A DNA stretch of 64,000 nucleotides from IMGVR_UViG_3300043436_004687:186001-250000, one strand, 5' to 3'; positions 28,633 to 38,872 are shown, counted from the stretch's first letter. The notes: generated from the letters alone by a model not told the origin. Numbers and translations: made by a program.

Positions 28633-29796
28633 ATGATTAAAAAGAAAACTGCTGCAACATCTGCAACAAAAACAGCAAGTTCATCCAGAACAACAAAAAC
28701 TAAGGAAAGTTCTGATTTGACTAAATCAAAATCTACTCAAGTTTCTATTAACACGGTTTTAAAGTCTAAAGTAAGATTTAAATTTAGGACCATTAAACAA
28801 AGGGAGTTTTCAGATCTTATTGATGATAAAGAAATAGTCGTAGCTTATGGTCCAGCTGGAACTGGAAAAAGTCTTATCTCAATTGCCAAGGGTCTTGAAT
28901 TATTACAAGCTGACGATTCTAAATATAAACAATTAATTATTGTTAAACCAGCTGTAGAAGCTGAGGAATCATTAGGGTTTTTAAAGGGTTCTTTAGAAGA
29001 AAAAATGGAACCTCATATTGCTTCTTCTATGGATATTGTTGATAAATTAGTAAGCGAACCAACAAGAATTAATTTAGTTGATGCTAAAATTATTAGAGTT
29101 GAACCACTTTCTTTCATAAGAGGTAAAACTTTTAGCGATTCTGTGTTAGTGTTCGAAGAAAGTCAAAATGTTTCCCCAAATCAAATGAAAACAATATTAA
29201 CTAGAATAGGTGAAAATAGTAAATATATTATTTCTGGGGATTTAGACCAGTCAGATAAATATAGAAATGTTAAGGAGAGTGGTTTATATGATTTAATTCA
29301 AAGACATAAAAATATTGAAGAAATTGGTTTTTTTGAATTTGGTGAGGGGGATATAGTAAGAAACCCTTTAATTACTAAAATTCTTAAAAATTATGAAAAA
29401 GTTGATACTAAAATTAACAAAAAAGAATTGTTAATTGAAGATGAATTATTAGAAAAAAGAGTACAAAAAAGAATTGATGAATCAAAAATAATTAAAACTA
29501 AACCAATTATTATCAAGGAAAATGTTCTTGGTGGTGGGAAAAAAGATAATAAATTATTAAATAGCGAGTATACTGCTATTGATATGAATGGTAATGTTTA
29601 TAGTAAAAAAACAATGGGCAGGGCTGTAAGTGATTATAATGAAAAACTAAATGAAGAGGTTTTAACTAAAACTAATGGTGTATTAAAACACGATCCTTTA
29701 TCTAATAGGGAAAAATTAAATGAAGAAATTGTTTTAAAATCTGATACTAAAGGTTCAAATTGGCTTACAAAATTATTTACAACTAAAAATAAATAG
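28633..29796 (+). CDS. phoH: PhoH-family ATPase with C-terminal extension
   Basis: GPAGTGKS, LGFLKG, FIRGKTF, EESQN, LTRIGE, GDLDQSD, DIVRNPL. Confidence 0.93.
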   Translation: MIKKKTAATSATKTASSSRTTKTKESSDLTKSKSTQVSINTVLKSKVRFKFRTIKQREFSDLIDDKEIVVAYGPAGTGKSLISIAKGLELLQADDSKYKQLIIVKPAVEAEESLGFLKGSLEEKMEPHIASSMDIVDKLVSEPTRINLVDAKIIRVEPLSFIRGKTFSDSVLVFEESQNVSPNQMKTILTRIGENSKYIISGDLDQSDKYRNVKESGLYDLIQRHKNIEEIGFFEFGEGDIVRNPLITKILKNYEKVDTKINKKELLIEDELLEKRVQKRIDESKIIKTKPIIIKENVLGGGKKDNKLLNSEYTAIDMNGNVYSKKTMGRAVSDYNEKLNEEVLTKTNGVLKHDPLSNREKLNEEIVLKSDTKGSNWLTKLFTTKNK

Positions 29797-29808
29797 TTAT
29801 ATTAAATT

Positions 29809-30402
29809 ATGGCGGTAATAGGAATAACAATTGATGAAGTTTTAAGAGATTTTTTAGGTCAATTCGCTACTATGTATGATAGATATATTTCTGAATTTTA
29901 TCTAGAAGATTCACCAGTGACAAATTTCAATCAATTAGATGAAGTTTTTAAATTTAATTCTATTGATGAAATGAATTATTTTTTATATGTTGAACATTCT
30001 TTAGAAGTTTTTGGTACTGCCAAACCTTCTTATCCAGATGTTATTGTGGATTTTAATGAATTTTTAACAGATATTGTTGATGAGGGTGAACATGAAATAA
30101 TAATTTTATCCAAAGAAGTTGAAAATAGTATTCAAGCAACATTATTTTTCTTATCTAAATTAGGTTGTAAAGCGACTCATATAAGATTTGTTAAAAATTA
30201 TGAAAATATGTGGGATTATGCAGATATCATAGTAACAGCAAATCCAAATACTCTACTTTCAAAACCAAGTGAAAAAGTATCAATTAAAGTTGATAGTACT
30301 TATAACAATAATGTAGGGTCAGATTACAAAATTAAAAAACTTTCAGATTTTACTAAATCTGAAAAATTACAAAAAGAAATTTTAAATAGAGAATATGAGT
30401 AA
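29809..30402 (+). CDS. HAD-fold 5'(3')-deoxyribonucleotidase-like protein
   Basis: IGITIDEVLRDF N-terminal HAD-like motif (first Asp replaced by Thr); ..YN...SDY.IKKL C-terminus. Confidence 0.65.
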   Translation: MAVIGITIDEVLRDFLGQFATMYDRYISEFYLEDSPVTNFNQLDEVFKFNSIDEMNYFLYVEHSLEVFGTAKPSYPDVIVDFNEFLTDIVDEGEHEIIILSKEVENSIQATLFFLSKLGCKATHIRFVKNYENMWDYADIIVTANPNTLLSKPSEKVSIKVDSTYNNNVGSDYKIKKLSDFTKSEKLQKEILNREYE

Positions 30403-30772
30403 TTTATTAAATATTGGAGGTCAAAATTATTTTATTGATTTTCAATCAGCTGAAAAACTACTTACAAGTGGTAGTACATTTAAGGGTGGTAAGGTTGAAG
30501 ATAAAGAAACAACCGAAACATTTGATTCAGATGGCAAATTAATTGGGAAAGTAGTTATAACTAAAGAAACTCTTAGAGGTAAAGAAGTTGATATGTTTAG
30601 ATATGAAACTATTAAAGATATGATGGATATTATTTTTTCTGATGATGATGAAGAAGATCCAGCTGTCAAAGTAAATAAAAAGAAGTTAGATTCCCAACCA
30701 ATGAGTTTTAAAATAGCTTTTAACACATTACTCGAATATGGGGTATTAAATATAGCAGAAGATGAAGAATAA
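30395..30772 (+). CDS. Hypothetical protein
   Basis: 125-aa ORF overlapping both neighbours (FKIAFNTLL). Confidence 0.7.
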   Translation: MSNLLNIGGQNYFIDFQSAEKLLTSGSTFKGGKVEDKETTETFDSDGKLIGKVVITKETLRGKEVDMFRYETIKDMMDIIFSDDDEEDPAVKVNKKKLDSQPMSFKIAFNTLLEYGVLNIAEDEE

Positions 30773-31835
30773 TATGGAAAAAAATGAACAAATAAAATCA
30801 GTTATCAATCAACTTGATAATAAAGAATTCGGAATGTACTTTTTTGTGCATGACACATTAGGCAACCCAACAGCTGGTATTGCCAATATATATGAACATG
30901 TAAAGGTTTTAAATGACTTAGGTTATAAAGCAAGTATTTTACATGAAAAAAATGATTATAAGGGTGTTGCTACTTGGTTAGGTGATGAATATATGAAATT
31001 ACCTCACGTATCGATTGAAAGTCAACAATTAAAAGTAGTTTCTTCTGATTTTATATTCATACCAGAAATTTTCTCAACATTAATGGATCAGATTAAAGAG
31101 TTTCCTTGTAAAAAAGTAGTTATTTCTCAAAGTTATTCATATGCATTAGAATTATTACCAATAGGTAAAAGTTGGGTTGATTTTGGTTTCAAAGATGTCA
31201 TAACGACTAGTGACGTGCAAGCAGATTATCTTAAAACCTTATTCCCAAGTCTAAATGCTAAGGTTATACCAGTATCTATACCAGAATATTTTTCACCAAG
31301 TAAAGAGATTCCAAAACCAATTGTTGCAATTCATACTAGAGATCAAGCAGATACATTAAGAATAATTAAATCCTTCTATTTACAATTCCCACAATATAAA
31401 TGGGTTACATTTAGAGATTTAAGGGGGTTACCAAGAAAAGAATTTGCTGAAGAACTTAAAAATAGTGCAGTTGCTGTTTGGGTGGATGATGCTTCTGGTT
31501 TTGGAACTTTTCCTTTAGAAGCTATTGAATGTAATGTTCCAGTTATAGGTAAACTACCAACTTTAATTCCAGAATACATATTAAATGGTGAAAACATTAG
31601 GGAAAATGGGGTTTGGACTAACAACACTTTATTAATTCCAGAGTTAATTGCTGAATTCATGAGATTATGGTTTGAGGATTCGTTGCCAAGTGTTTTATTT
31701 GATGAAATGAAATTAAGTAAAGGTCAATATCAAGAAGGTATGCAAGTTGTTAAAATTAGTGAAGTTTATTCTTCATTAATTCAAGAAAGAAAAAATGAAT
31801 TTTTACTTATGTTAAATAACGATAAAGATGAGTAA
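30762..31835 (+). CDS. GT-B (GT4-like) glycosyltransferase
   Basis: GIANIYEHV..L...G, FIPEI, SGFGTFPLEAIECNVPVIG; start may be ATG 30774. Confidence 0.85.
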   Translation: MKNNMEKNEQIKSVINQLDNKEFGMYFFVHDTLGNPTAGIANIYEHVKVLNDLGYKASILHEKNDYKGVATWLGDEYMKLPHVSIESQQLKVVSSDFIFIPEIFSTLMDQIKEFPCKKVVISQSYSYALELLPIGKSWVDFGFKDVITTSDVQADYLKTLFPSLNAKVIPVSIPEYFSPSKEIPKPIVAIHTRDQADTLRIIKSFYLQFPQYKWVTFRDLRGLPRKEFAEELKNSAVAVWVDDASGFGTFPLEAIECNVPVIGKLPTLIPEYILNGENIRENGVWTNNTLLIPELIAEFMRLWFEDSLPSVLFDEMKLSKGQYQEGMQVVKISEVYSSLIQERKNEFLLMLNNDKDE

Positions 31836-32232
31836 AAAAGTATTTCTAGGTGGTACCACCAATAATTCTGATTGGAGGGATAAATTAATTAAAAAATTAA
31901 AAGTTGATTATTTTAATCCAGTTGTTAAAGATTGGGATGAAAAAGCTCAAAAAGAAGAGATAAAACAAAGGAAAGAATGTGATTTTGTTTTATATGTAAT
32001 CACCCCTAAAATGGAAGGTGTGTATAGCATTTTTGAGGTTGCCGATGATAGTAACAAAAGACCAGAAAAAACAATATTTTGTTATTTGTTGGAAGATGGT
32101 GATAAAACATTTTCAAAACACCAAATAAAATCTTTAGATATGGTTGGTGAAGGTGTTAAAGAAAATGGTGGTAAATGGTTTAAATCATTAAATGAAATTA
32201 GTGATTTCCTTAATTTTAATAAAAATTTATAA
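31828..32232 (+). CDS. Nucleoside 2-deoxyribosyltransferase-like protein
   Basis: VFLGGT...WR, YFNPVV.DW, CDFVLYVI, YSIFE. Confidence 0.85.
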   Translation: MSKKVFLGGTTNNSDWRDKLIKKLKVDYFNPVVKDWDEKAQKEEIKQRKECDFVLYVITPKMEGVYSIFEVADDSNKRPEKTIFCYLLEDGDKTFSKHQIKSLDMVGEGVKENGGKWFKSLNEISDFLNFNKNL

Positions 32233-32240
32233 ATAAAAAA

Positions 32241-33029
32241 ATGAGTAAACAAATAGAAAATAATTCTCAGATATCGGTTATAATTCCAGTACATTTATTA
32301 GATGAAAGTACAAAAAAATTATTTGATGTTGCCATCGAAAGTGTAAAATCGCAAACGGAATTACCAAAAGAAATTTTAGTAGTTGGACCAAAAGAAGTTT
32401 TAGATTTTGTTGGTAAAGATAATGATGGTTTTAGATTCGTTTTAAATGAAGGTAAAACTGATTTTGCATCACAAATAAATTTAGGTGTTGAAAAATGTGA
32501 GACTGAATGGTTTTGTATTTTAGAAATGGATGATGAGTTAGCACCTACTTGGTTATCTAATGTTAATAAATATAAATCAAAATATTTAGATGTTGATTCA
32601 TTTTTACCTATCATAGTAAATCGAGAATTCGAAACTAATGCTTTTGTTGGATTTGATAATGAGGCGGTATGGGCCGCTGAATTTTCAACTGAATTGGGTT
32701 TAATTGATCATAATTGTTTATTAGCTTATCAAGCTTTTAATTTAGATGGTATGGTTATGAAAAAAGATGTGTTTATCTCTAACGGTGGTTTAAAACCATC
32801 AATGAAATTAACTTTTATATATGAGTTTTTACTTAGAATTACATATTTTTCATCTACTGTTATGGTAATACCTAAATTTGGTTATAGACATATGAATTCT
32901 AGAGTTGGTTCATTGTTTAATACTTATAAAAACACTTTAAGTTTAGATGAACAAAGATGGTGGCTTTCATTAGCTAAAAAAGAATATTTTCACACTAAAG
33001 ACAGAGGGATTACATATGAAAAAAATTAA
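32241..33029 (+). CDS. GT2 glycosyltransferase
   Basis: ISVIIPVH, SV.SQT, QINLGV, WFCILEMDDE. Confidence 0.85.
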   Translation: MSKQIENNSQISVIIPVHLLDESTKKLFDVAIESVKSQTELPKEILVVGPKEVLDFVGKDNDGFRFVLNEGKTDFASQINLGVEKCETEWFCILEMDDELAPTWLSNVNKYKSKYLDVDSFLPIIVNREFETNAFVGFDNEAVWAAEFSTELGLIDHNCLLAYQAFNLDGMVMKKDVFISNGGLKPSMKLTFIYEFLLRITYFSSTVMVIPKFGYRHMNSRVGSLFNTYKNTLSLDEQRWWLSLAKKEYFHTKDRGITYEKN

Positions 33030-33035
33030 TAACCT

Positions 33036-33794
33036 ATGTCAGATGAAACTCAAAAAAGAGGTAGAAAACCAAAAACAAAACCATATTTTGGTGAAGAACA
33101 AGAAGAAGCTGTAAAACAATTTCTTTTAACTGAAGATATTAATGAAAAAAATTTAATTTATAAAACTTTTTTAGAAAAACCCATAAAAAAAATGGCCGAT
33201 TCTATAATTAGGACTTATAAATTATATAGAGAAGGATTTACATTTGAAGAGGTTAGAGACGATGCTATATCATATTTAATTTGGAAATCAGATAATTTTG
33301 ATCCATTAAAGGGTCATAAAGCTTACTCATATTATGGGACCATAATTAGACATTATGTTTTAGGTTTAATTCAAAAAGATAAAAAAGAATTGCATAAAAC
33401 AGCTTCATTTGAAGATTATTTCCCTAGTATCGAAGAACGTAGTGATTTGATTTATTATTTGGATGATAGTGAATACCATCAAGAGGATTTAATCAAAGAC
33501 GTTTCAATTAAAATCAAGGAAGAGTTAGAAGCTATTCACCCACTTAAAAGGAAATTAACCGAAAATGAAATTAAAGTTGGAAATGCTTTGATTGCTTTAT
33601 TAGATAATTGGGAAAAGGTGTTTGAAGAAATGGAAGAAATTCAAAGTGGTGTTAAATACAATAAAAATCTATTTTTAGCTACTATTAGAGATTATACTAA
33701 TTTGAATACTAAAGATATTAGGATTAGCATCCAAAGATTTAAATCACTTTACTTTATATTTAAGAAAGATAAAATAAATAGTGGGATTTTATAA
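33036..33794 (+). CDS. Phage late-transcription sigma factor (T4 gp55-like)
   Basis: Region-2-like segment DDAISYL...DNFDP.KG.KAYSYYGTII; no canonical region 4 visible. Confidence 0.7.
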   Translation: MSDETQKRGRKPKTKPYFGEEQEEAVKQFLLTEDINEKNLIYKTFLEKPIKKMADSIIRTYKLYREGFTFEEVRDDAISYLIWKSDNFDPLKGHKAYSYYGTIIRHYVLGLIQKDKKELHKTASFEDYFPSIEERSDLIYYLDDSEYHQEDLIKDVSIKIKEELEAIHPLKRKLTENEIKVGNALIALLDNWEKVFEEMEEIQSGVKYNKNLFLATIRDYTNLNTKDIRISIQRFKSLYFIFKKDKINSGIL

Positions 33795-33816
33795 TTTATA
33801 AAATCCCACTATTTAT
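33774..33816. repeat. Perfect 21-bp inverted repeat overlapping the sigma stop codon
   Basis: ATAAATAGTGGGATTTTATAA-t-TTATAAAATCCCACTATTTAT. Confidence 0.9.
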
Positions 33817-33835
33817 AGTTATAAACAATATAATT

Positions 33836-34234
33836 ATGTCAACCCCAAAACCAATAAATAGAAAAAGAAAACAAGTCATTAAATTAAATAATGTAGAAAG
33901 CCTACAAGGTTTAATGCAAGAAACTTACAATGATGCTGTTGGTCAAATATTCCAATTACAAAATTCAATTACTGAAATAGGTTTAAGTGTTAAACCAGAA
34001 GATGTTGATGATGTTACTAAGATTGCCAGGGAAAAATCTGGTATGTTAAAATTAAAAGACTCTGCCATTAGAATTAAATTAGAAGTTGGTAAGATAATGG
34101 TTGATTTAATAAAACATGATGGGAATATTGAAAACTCGGAATTAGTTAATATCAGTAACACAGCGGCACCAACCACTGATGATTTAGACTTAATTAGACA
34201 ATATATAAAAGATTCTGCAAAAACACCTGAATAA
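33836..34234 (+). CDS. Hypothetical helical protein
   Basis: 132-aa ORF preceded by TATTTAT (33810-33816). Confidence 0.7.
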   Translation: MSTPKPINRKRKQVIKLNNVESLQGLMQETYNDAVGQIFQLQNSITEIGLSVKPEDVDDVTKIAREKSGMLKLKDSAIRIKLEVGKIMVDLIKHDGNIENSELVNISNTAAPTTDDLDLIRQYIKDSAKTPE

Positions 34235-35655
34235 TGAGTATAGTTGACCAAAAAAAGAAAGTTTTTGGTGATATTGCTGCACTTAGATCTTTATCTGAGG
34301 GGTTACCTAAAATTAATCTCTCAAATTCTTTTCCATCTATCAATAATAAGACGGATAGTATGGAGTTTTTGATTGATTTATTAAAATCAATTGTTGGGTT
34401 TGATTCATTAAAGAACGTTATTATAAAAACAATAACTTATAATCTAGATGTGATTGAAACTGATGTAAAAAAAACATTGAAGAAAGAATTAAATAAATTA
34501 ATATCTTGTGGTGTAAATCCCACCATACCAAATTTATTATTATATACTTCTAATGGTATCAATTTAGAACTTAGGAAAATTGATTATCTCAGTCTAATGT
34601 TAACAGAACCAACATCTAAATCTGGTTCTTTACTATATGATGATATTTCCTCTGGTATAAATAGTAGTGATTTTAACACATTTCTTTATTATTTAATTCA
34701 AAATTCAGGTAGCGAGATAAATTGGAGTGGTAACCAAAATAATGATATATTAACATTAAAGTTTAATCAATATGGGGTAAATAACAACACTTTAAACATA
34801 AAGGCTAGTCCTTATTATTCAAATAATAAAAAATTAACTGATTTAAATAACGATTATATTGATAGTATAGATTTATTCGATTCAAATAAAATAATAAATA
34901 ATATTATAGATTCCCTATTTGGTACAATATCTTTAGATGTTAAAAAAACTAAAAGACAATTACAAAATGAAATTGAGGTTGAAAATATTATCAATAAAAT
35001 AATAAATTCGGATGAAACTAAAAGCATTAATGATGATTTTTTCTCATTTTCAAATAATGAAATAAAAAATATTGAATCTTTGGTTGATAACAAGAAAAGA
35101 GGTGTTAGTATTGTGGAGAGTACTAATAAAATCGAAACAATTATCCCAATAGAGAATTTAATTACATTAAATGAAAATGTTAGTACTGCCACAACTGTTA
35201 ATCAAAAATCAATTATTTTTGATGAGGGCTTAAATGATTTAGCTAATAAATATAGTGAAAGCGTTGAAACTAATGATGCTTACACTGTGAAATTAAATTT
35301 TATTGATTTAATGATTAAGAATTTAATTTCTTCAATAGTTAAGTTAATGCTATCACCAAAATTAATTACTATTCTTTCTATAAATCACTCCATAGTGTAT
35401 GGCGATTCTTTTGTTGATGTTTTAGATTTCATGAAAAAAAATAAAAATTTTATAAGATCAATAGTTAGTAGTGTTAGAGATTCAATAATAAGTTTATTAT
35501 TGAAAGAAAGTTTAAAGGAAATTAATAATTTAGTTAGTAAAAATATAATTGATGTTGAAATTGAAAAATTAAAATTAAAAAAAGAACAAATAAGTGGTCT
35601 TATTGGTCTTGATTTAGAAATTAATAAACTAATAAACAATATAAATACATTATAA
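34234..35655 (+). CDS. Hypothetical protein (probable virion/baseplate region)
   Basis: 473-aa ORF with TAATG coupling at both ends. Confidence 0.7.
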   Translation: MSIVDQKKKVFGDIAALRSLSEGLPKINLSNSFPSINNKTDSMEFLIDLLKSIVGFDSLKNVIIKTITYNLDVIETDVKKTLKKELNKLISCGVNPTIPNLLLYTSNGINLELRKIDYLSLMLTEPTSKSGSLLYDDISSGINSSDFNTFLYYLIQNSGSEINWSGNQNNDILTLKFNQYGVNNNTLNIKASPYYSNNKKLTDLNNDYIDSIDLFDSNKIINNIIDSLFGTISLDVKKTKRQLQNEIEVENIINKIINSDETKSINDDFFSFSNNEIKNIESLVDNKKRGVSIVESTNKIETIIPIENLITLNENVSTATTVNQKSIIFDEGLNDLANKYSESVETNDAYTVKLNFIDLMIKNLISSIVKLMLSPKLITILSINHSIVYGDSFVDVLDFMKKNKNFIRSIVSSVRDSIISLLLKESLKEINNLVSKNIIDVEIEKLKLKKEQISGLIGLDLEINKLINNINTL

Positions 35656-36080
35656 TGGAAAGACAAAATAAATTAGATAAAAATAGCGTATCTTCAATTT
35701 CCAATATATTGAAAATAATACAATCAGCTTTTAATGTTAATAAAAAACCTTTAAAACCAATTTCACCCCAATTAATTTTAACTGGTGGTAATTTAAAAAC
35801 TGGTTTGAGTCCTAAACAAATAGCGGCTAAAATAATTTCTAGGCAAGCCGAAGCTGGTGCTCCAGTAGGTGATTTATATTCTAAGAGTAATAATATAACA
35901 GAAGCTATGTATGCTATAATGGTTGAGGAAATAATAAGTGCAATAATGCTTAATGGTAAAATAGAAATTGTTATTCCCCCAGGTGTTGAAGTAATTACTT
36001 ATGGGGCTAATTCAGGTGGTCCAGTTGTTAGTCAAGGTGCAACAACAAATGTAGCTAGTGGTTGGGGGGTGATTAGATAA
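35655..36080 (+). CDS. Hypothetical virion protein
   Basis: 141-aa ORF, Gly-rich C-terminus (GANSGGPVVSQG), upstream of the gp5-like gene. Confidence 0.65.
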   Translation: MERQNKLDKNSVSSISNILKIIQSAFNVNKKPLKPISPQLILTGGNLKTGLSPKQIAAKIISRQAEAGAPVGDLYSKSNNITEAMYAIMVEEIISAIMLNGKIEIVIPPGVEVITYGANSGGPVVSQGATTNVASGWGVIR

Positions 36081-36082
36081 AT

Positions 36083-36259
36083 ATGGAAAATTTAGAAAAT
36101 AAAACAACGCATGAATTAACATCATACCTTTTACAATTGAAACAAGAACATGAGAAAGTAAAGAGGGATATGATATTATCGTATGATATTATGGAAAAGA
36201 TTGAAAAAGATTTTTTATTAGTTAGTTCTATTATAAGTAAAAGGATGCATAATGAATAA
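36083..36259 (+). CDS. Small helical protein (58 aa; absent from the ORF track)
   Basis: MENLENKTTHELTSYLLQLKQEHEKVK...; fills the gap exactly and overlaps the next start by 8 nt. Confidence 0.65.
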   Translation: MENLENKTTHELTSYLLQLKQEHEKVKRDMILSYDIMEKIEKDFLLVSSIISKRMHNE

Positions 36260-37187
36260 TAAATATAATTTTAAAGATACTAGTATTTTTAATGGTAAAA
36301 CAACAAATAAATTAAATACTAATTTTTTTGTTGGTGTTGTGGTTTCAAATGATGATAAATCAGATGCTAACAGAATAAGGGTTAGGGTTAGGGGTGTTGA
36401 TGATCATTTATCGGATAATGAATTACCATTTTGTTTCCCCATGCAAACTAAGTTTTTTTCTATTACCCCAAAAATTGATGAGGTTGTTTTTATTATAGTA
36501 CCATCATCTGAATTTATGCATGTTGATAGAGTGTATTTTGGGCCAGTAATTTCACAACCACAAATGCTGTTAAAAGATACGTTTATAAATGGATCAACAA
36601 ATAGCCTTGACCGTGGATTTTCCCAACAAAGAGTTGCACCATCGACAATACCAGAGAATAAAGGTGTGTTCCCCAATAAAGAAGATGTTTCGATACAAGG
36701 TAGGGATAATGCTGATATAATTTTAAAATCTAAAGAAGTATTACTAAGGGCTGGTAAATTTGAATTAAACACTAAACCTGGAGAAATTCCTAAATTTAAT
36801 TTTGATTCACCAAGTTATATTCAGATTAAGAATAATGTTGTTTTAAATAAAAAAGAAAAGGTAATTGAAAAGGGCGGAGTCATAAATGTTGTTTCAAATA
36901 AAATAAATCTTTTAACACATAAAAATGGTTCTCCAAAATTTGGGTTAAATGATCCAGAAAGTATGATAAGTGCAAGTGAAATGGAAAAAATATTAGCCGA
37001 GGCACACCCAATGGTGTTTGGTGATTTGTTAGTATCTTATTTGAAATTATTAAGAAATGCTTTTATTGGTCATGTTCACCCATATAATGGTCTTACGGCA
37101 GAGGATTTGTCAGGTAAAAATGATGTTGATAAATATTTAGAATTCGATTTAAATTCAATTTTATCTAGTAATATAAAAATAAATTGA
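36252..37187 (+). CDS. Baseplate hub/spike protein (gp5/VgrG OB-fold)
   Basis: GVVVSNDD....RIRVRV.G.D, LP.CFP, PKIDE.V; C-terminal HVHPY. Confidence 0.8.
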   Translation: MNNKYNFKDTSIFNGKTTNKLNTNFFVGVVVSNDDKSDANRIRVRVRGVDDHLSDNELPFCFPMQTKFFSITPKIDEVVFIIVPSSEFMHVDRVYFGPVISQPQMLLKDTFINGSTNSLDRGFSQQRVAPSTIPENKGVFPNKEDVSIQGRDNADIILKSKEVLLRAGKFELNTKPGEIPKFNFDSPSYIQIKNNVVLNKKEKVIEKGGVINVVSNKINLLTHKNGSPKFGLNDPESMISASEMEKILAEAHPMVFGDLLVSYLKLLRNAFIGHVHPYNGLTAEDLSGKNDVDKYLEFDLNSILSSNIKIN

Positions 37188-37228
37188 TGGGAGATAATAA
37201 ACGTGGATATTTATAAATAAATAATTAA

Positions 37229-38608
37229 ATGGTTTTAAAAACTTATTTTACTAGAAATAATACAATTATTTCAAATCAAATTACAAATACTGGTCAAAAC
37301 CCAGTTACCGAATTATTTTATGGTTCTCCAGATAGTCAATTATACAGTAGATTCTTATTTCAATTTGATACAACTAGGTTAGAAGAATTTATTAATAAAG
37401 GAATGTTCCCAGATTTGTCTAAGTTTAAACATACTTTAAAAATGACAAATACTGGTTCTTTTGATGCTTCTCTTATGGGTGCAACAACATTTAATAATAA
37501 AGAAAGAAGTTCTTCATTTGATTTAAACCTTTTTAAGTTAAATCAATCATGGGATGAGGGTGTTGGTTATGATTACTATAAAATGACTTATGTTAACCAA
37601 CCAGCTACTATTTCTACGTCACCATCAAATTGGTTTGAATGTAAAACAAATGATGGTTGGGATATTTTAGGTGCCATTTCTGGTTCGCCAATAGCAACAC
37701 AACATTTTGAACATGGGAATGAAAATGTAAATATGGATATCACACCAATAGTTAACTCATTTTTGACTGGGGTTACAAACAATGGTTTTTGTTTAAGTTA
37801 TCCAGAAAGTTTAGAATTAACAATTAGAGATGATTCACAATATGTTGGTTTTTTTACTAGACATTCTCAGACTTTTTATGAACCTTATGTTGAATCTGTA
37901 TATGGTGATAGAATTTTAGATAATAGAATCAATTTCTATTTAAATAAAAATAATAAATTATATCTTTACGTTAATGTTGGTGGTAAACCAACTAATTTGG
38001 ATTTTTTACCTATTGTAAACGTCTATAATGATAATAATGATATGATACTATCAACAACTGGAAATAGTTCATCACAAGGCGTTTATTATATTGATATAAA
38101 CATACCAGAAGATAGTCAAAATGATTGCACAATGTATACCGATATTTGGTCTAATTTATATGTTAATGGAAATCACTTAAATGATATTGAAATGGATTTT
38201 TCTGTAAAAACAGAAGGATATTACAACTTAGGTTCCGATGTAAATGATAATCAAGATTATAAAGTGAGTGTATTAGGAATAAAATTTGGTGAGAAAATAA
38301 AAAGAGGTGATATAAGAAAAGTTATTGTTAACGCTAAAGTTCCATATACTACAAATACAATATTACCATTAGAAGATATTGAATATAGATTATATGTAAA
38401 AGAAGGTTTCAACCAACTAACTGTAATAGATTACCAACCAATGAATCTCTCAAAAAATCAAAATTATTTTTTACTGGATACTCTTTCACTATTACCCAAT
38501 ACATATTATCTTGATATTAGATATAGCAATGATTATGAAGTAAAGGTGTTAGAAAATGTTCTTAGTTTTAATATTGCTAGTGAAGTTAATTTTAGATATT
38601 CACAATAA
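37229..38608 (+). CDS. Virion structural protein (baseplate region)
   Basis: 459-aa beta-rich ORF (SRFLFQFD, SWDEGVG); preceded by TATTTAT 37208-37214. Confidence 0.6.
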   Translation: MVLKTYFTRNNTIISNQITNTGQNPVTELFYGSPDSQLYSRFLFQFDTTRLEEFINKGMFPDLSKFKHTLKMTNTGSFDASLMGATTFNNKERSSSFDLNLFKLNQSWDEGVGYDYYKMTYVNQPATISTSPSNWFECKTNDGWDILGAISGSPIATQHFEHGNENVNMDITPIVNSFLTGVTNNGFCLSYPESLELTIRDDSQYVGFFTRHSQTFYEPYVESVYGDRILDNRINFYLNKNNKLYLYVNVGGKPTNLDFLPIVNVYNDNNDMILSTTGNSSSQGVYYIDINIPEDSQNDCTMYTDIWSNLYVNGNHLNDIEMDFSVKTEGYYNLGSDVNDNQDYKVSVLGIKFGEKIKRGDIRKVIVNAKVPYTTNTILPLEDIEYRLYVKEGFNQLTVIDYQPMNLSKNQNYFLLDTLSLLPNTYYLDIRYSNDYEVKVLENVLSFNIASEVNFRYSQ

Positions 38609-38643
38609 TTTGTTGTAACGTATCATATTACTGTTTATATTTG
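38609..38643 (+). promoter_or_regulatory. Bacteroidota-type promoter
   Basis: TATATTTG 38636-38643 with TTTG/GTTG at 38609-38615, 13 nt before ATG 38657. Confidence 0.65.
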
Positions 38644-38656
38644 CAAAAAGATATAA

Positions 38657-38872
38657 ATGGAAGATATAGTAAAAATTAAAGGTTGTTATCATACTTGTCC
38701 TTTTTTCAGTAATAATCAAGATGGTATGTATTGTGGTCATTCTTATTTTGAAAATAAAGAAGCGTATTCAAATTTTATTATTAATCATGATAATTCAAAA
38801 AATGGTAAAATACCTTTAGAATGTCCATTAAGAAATGAATCAATTACAATTAAATATGAATTAAATATTTAA
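38657..38872 (+). CDS. Small Cys-rich (metal-binding) protein
   Basis: C...CPF...C.H...IP..CPL, 71 aa. Confidence 0.7.
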   Translation: MEDIVKIKGCYHTCPFFSNNQDGMYCGHSYFENKEAYSNFIINHDNSKNGKIPLECPLRNESITIKYELNI

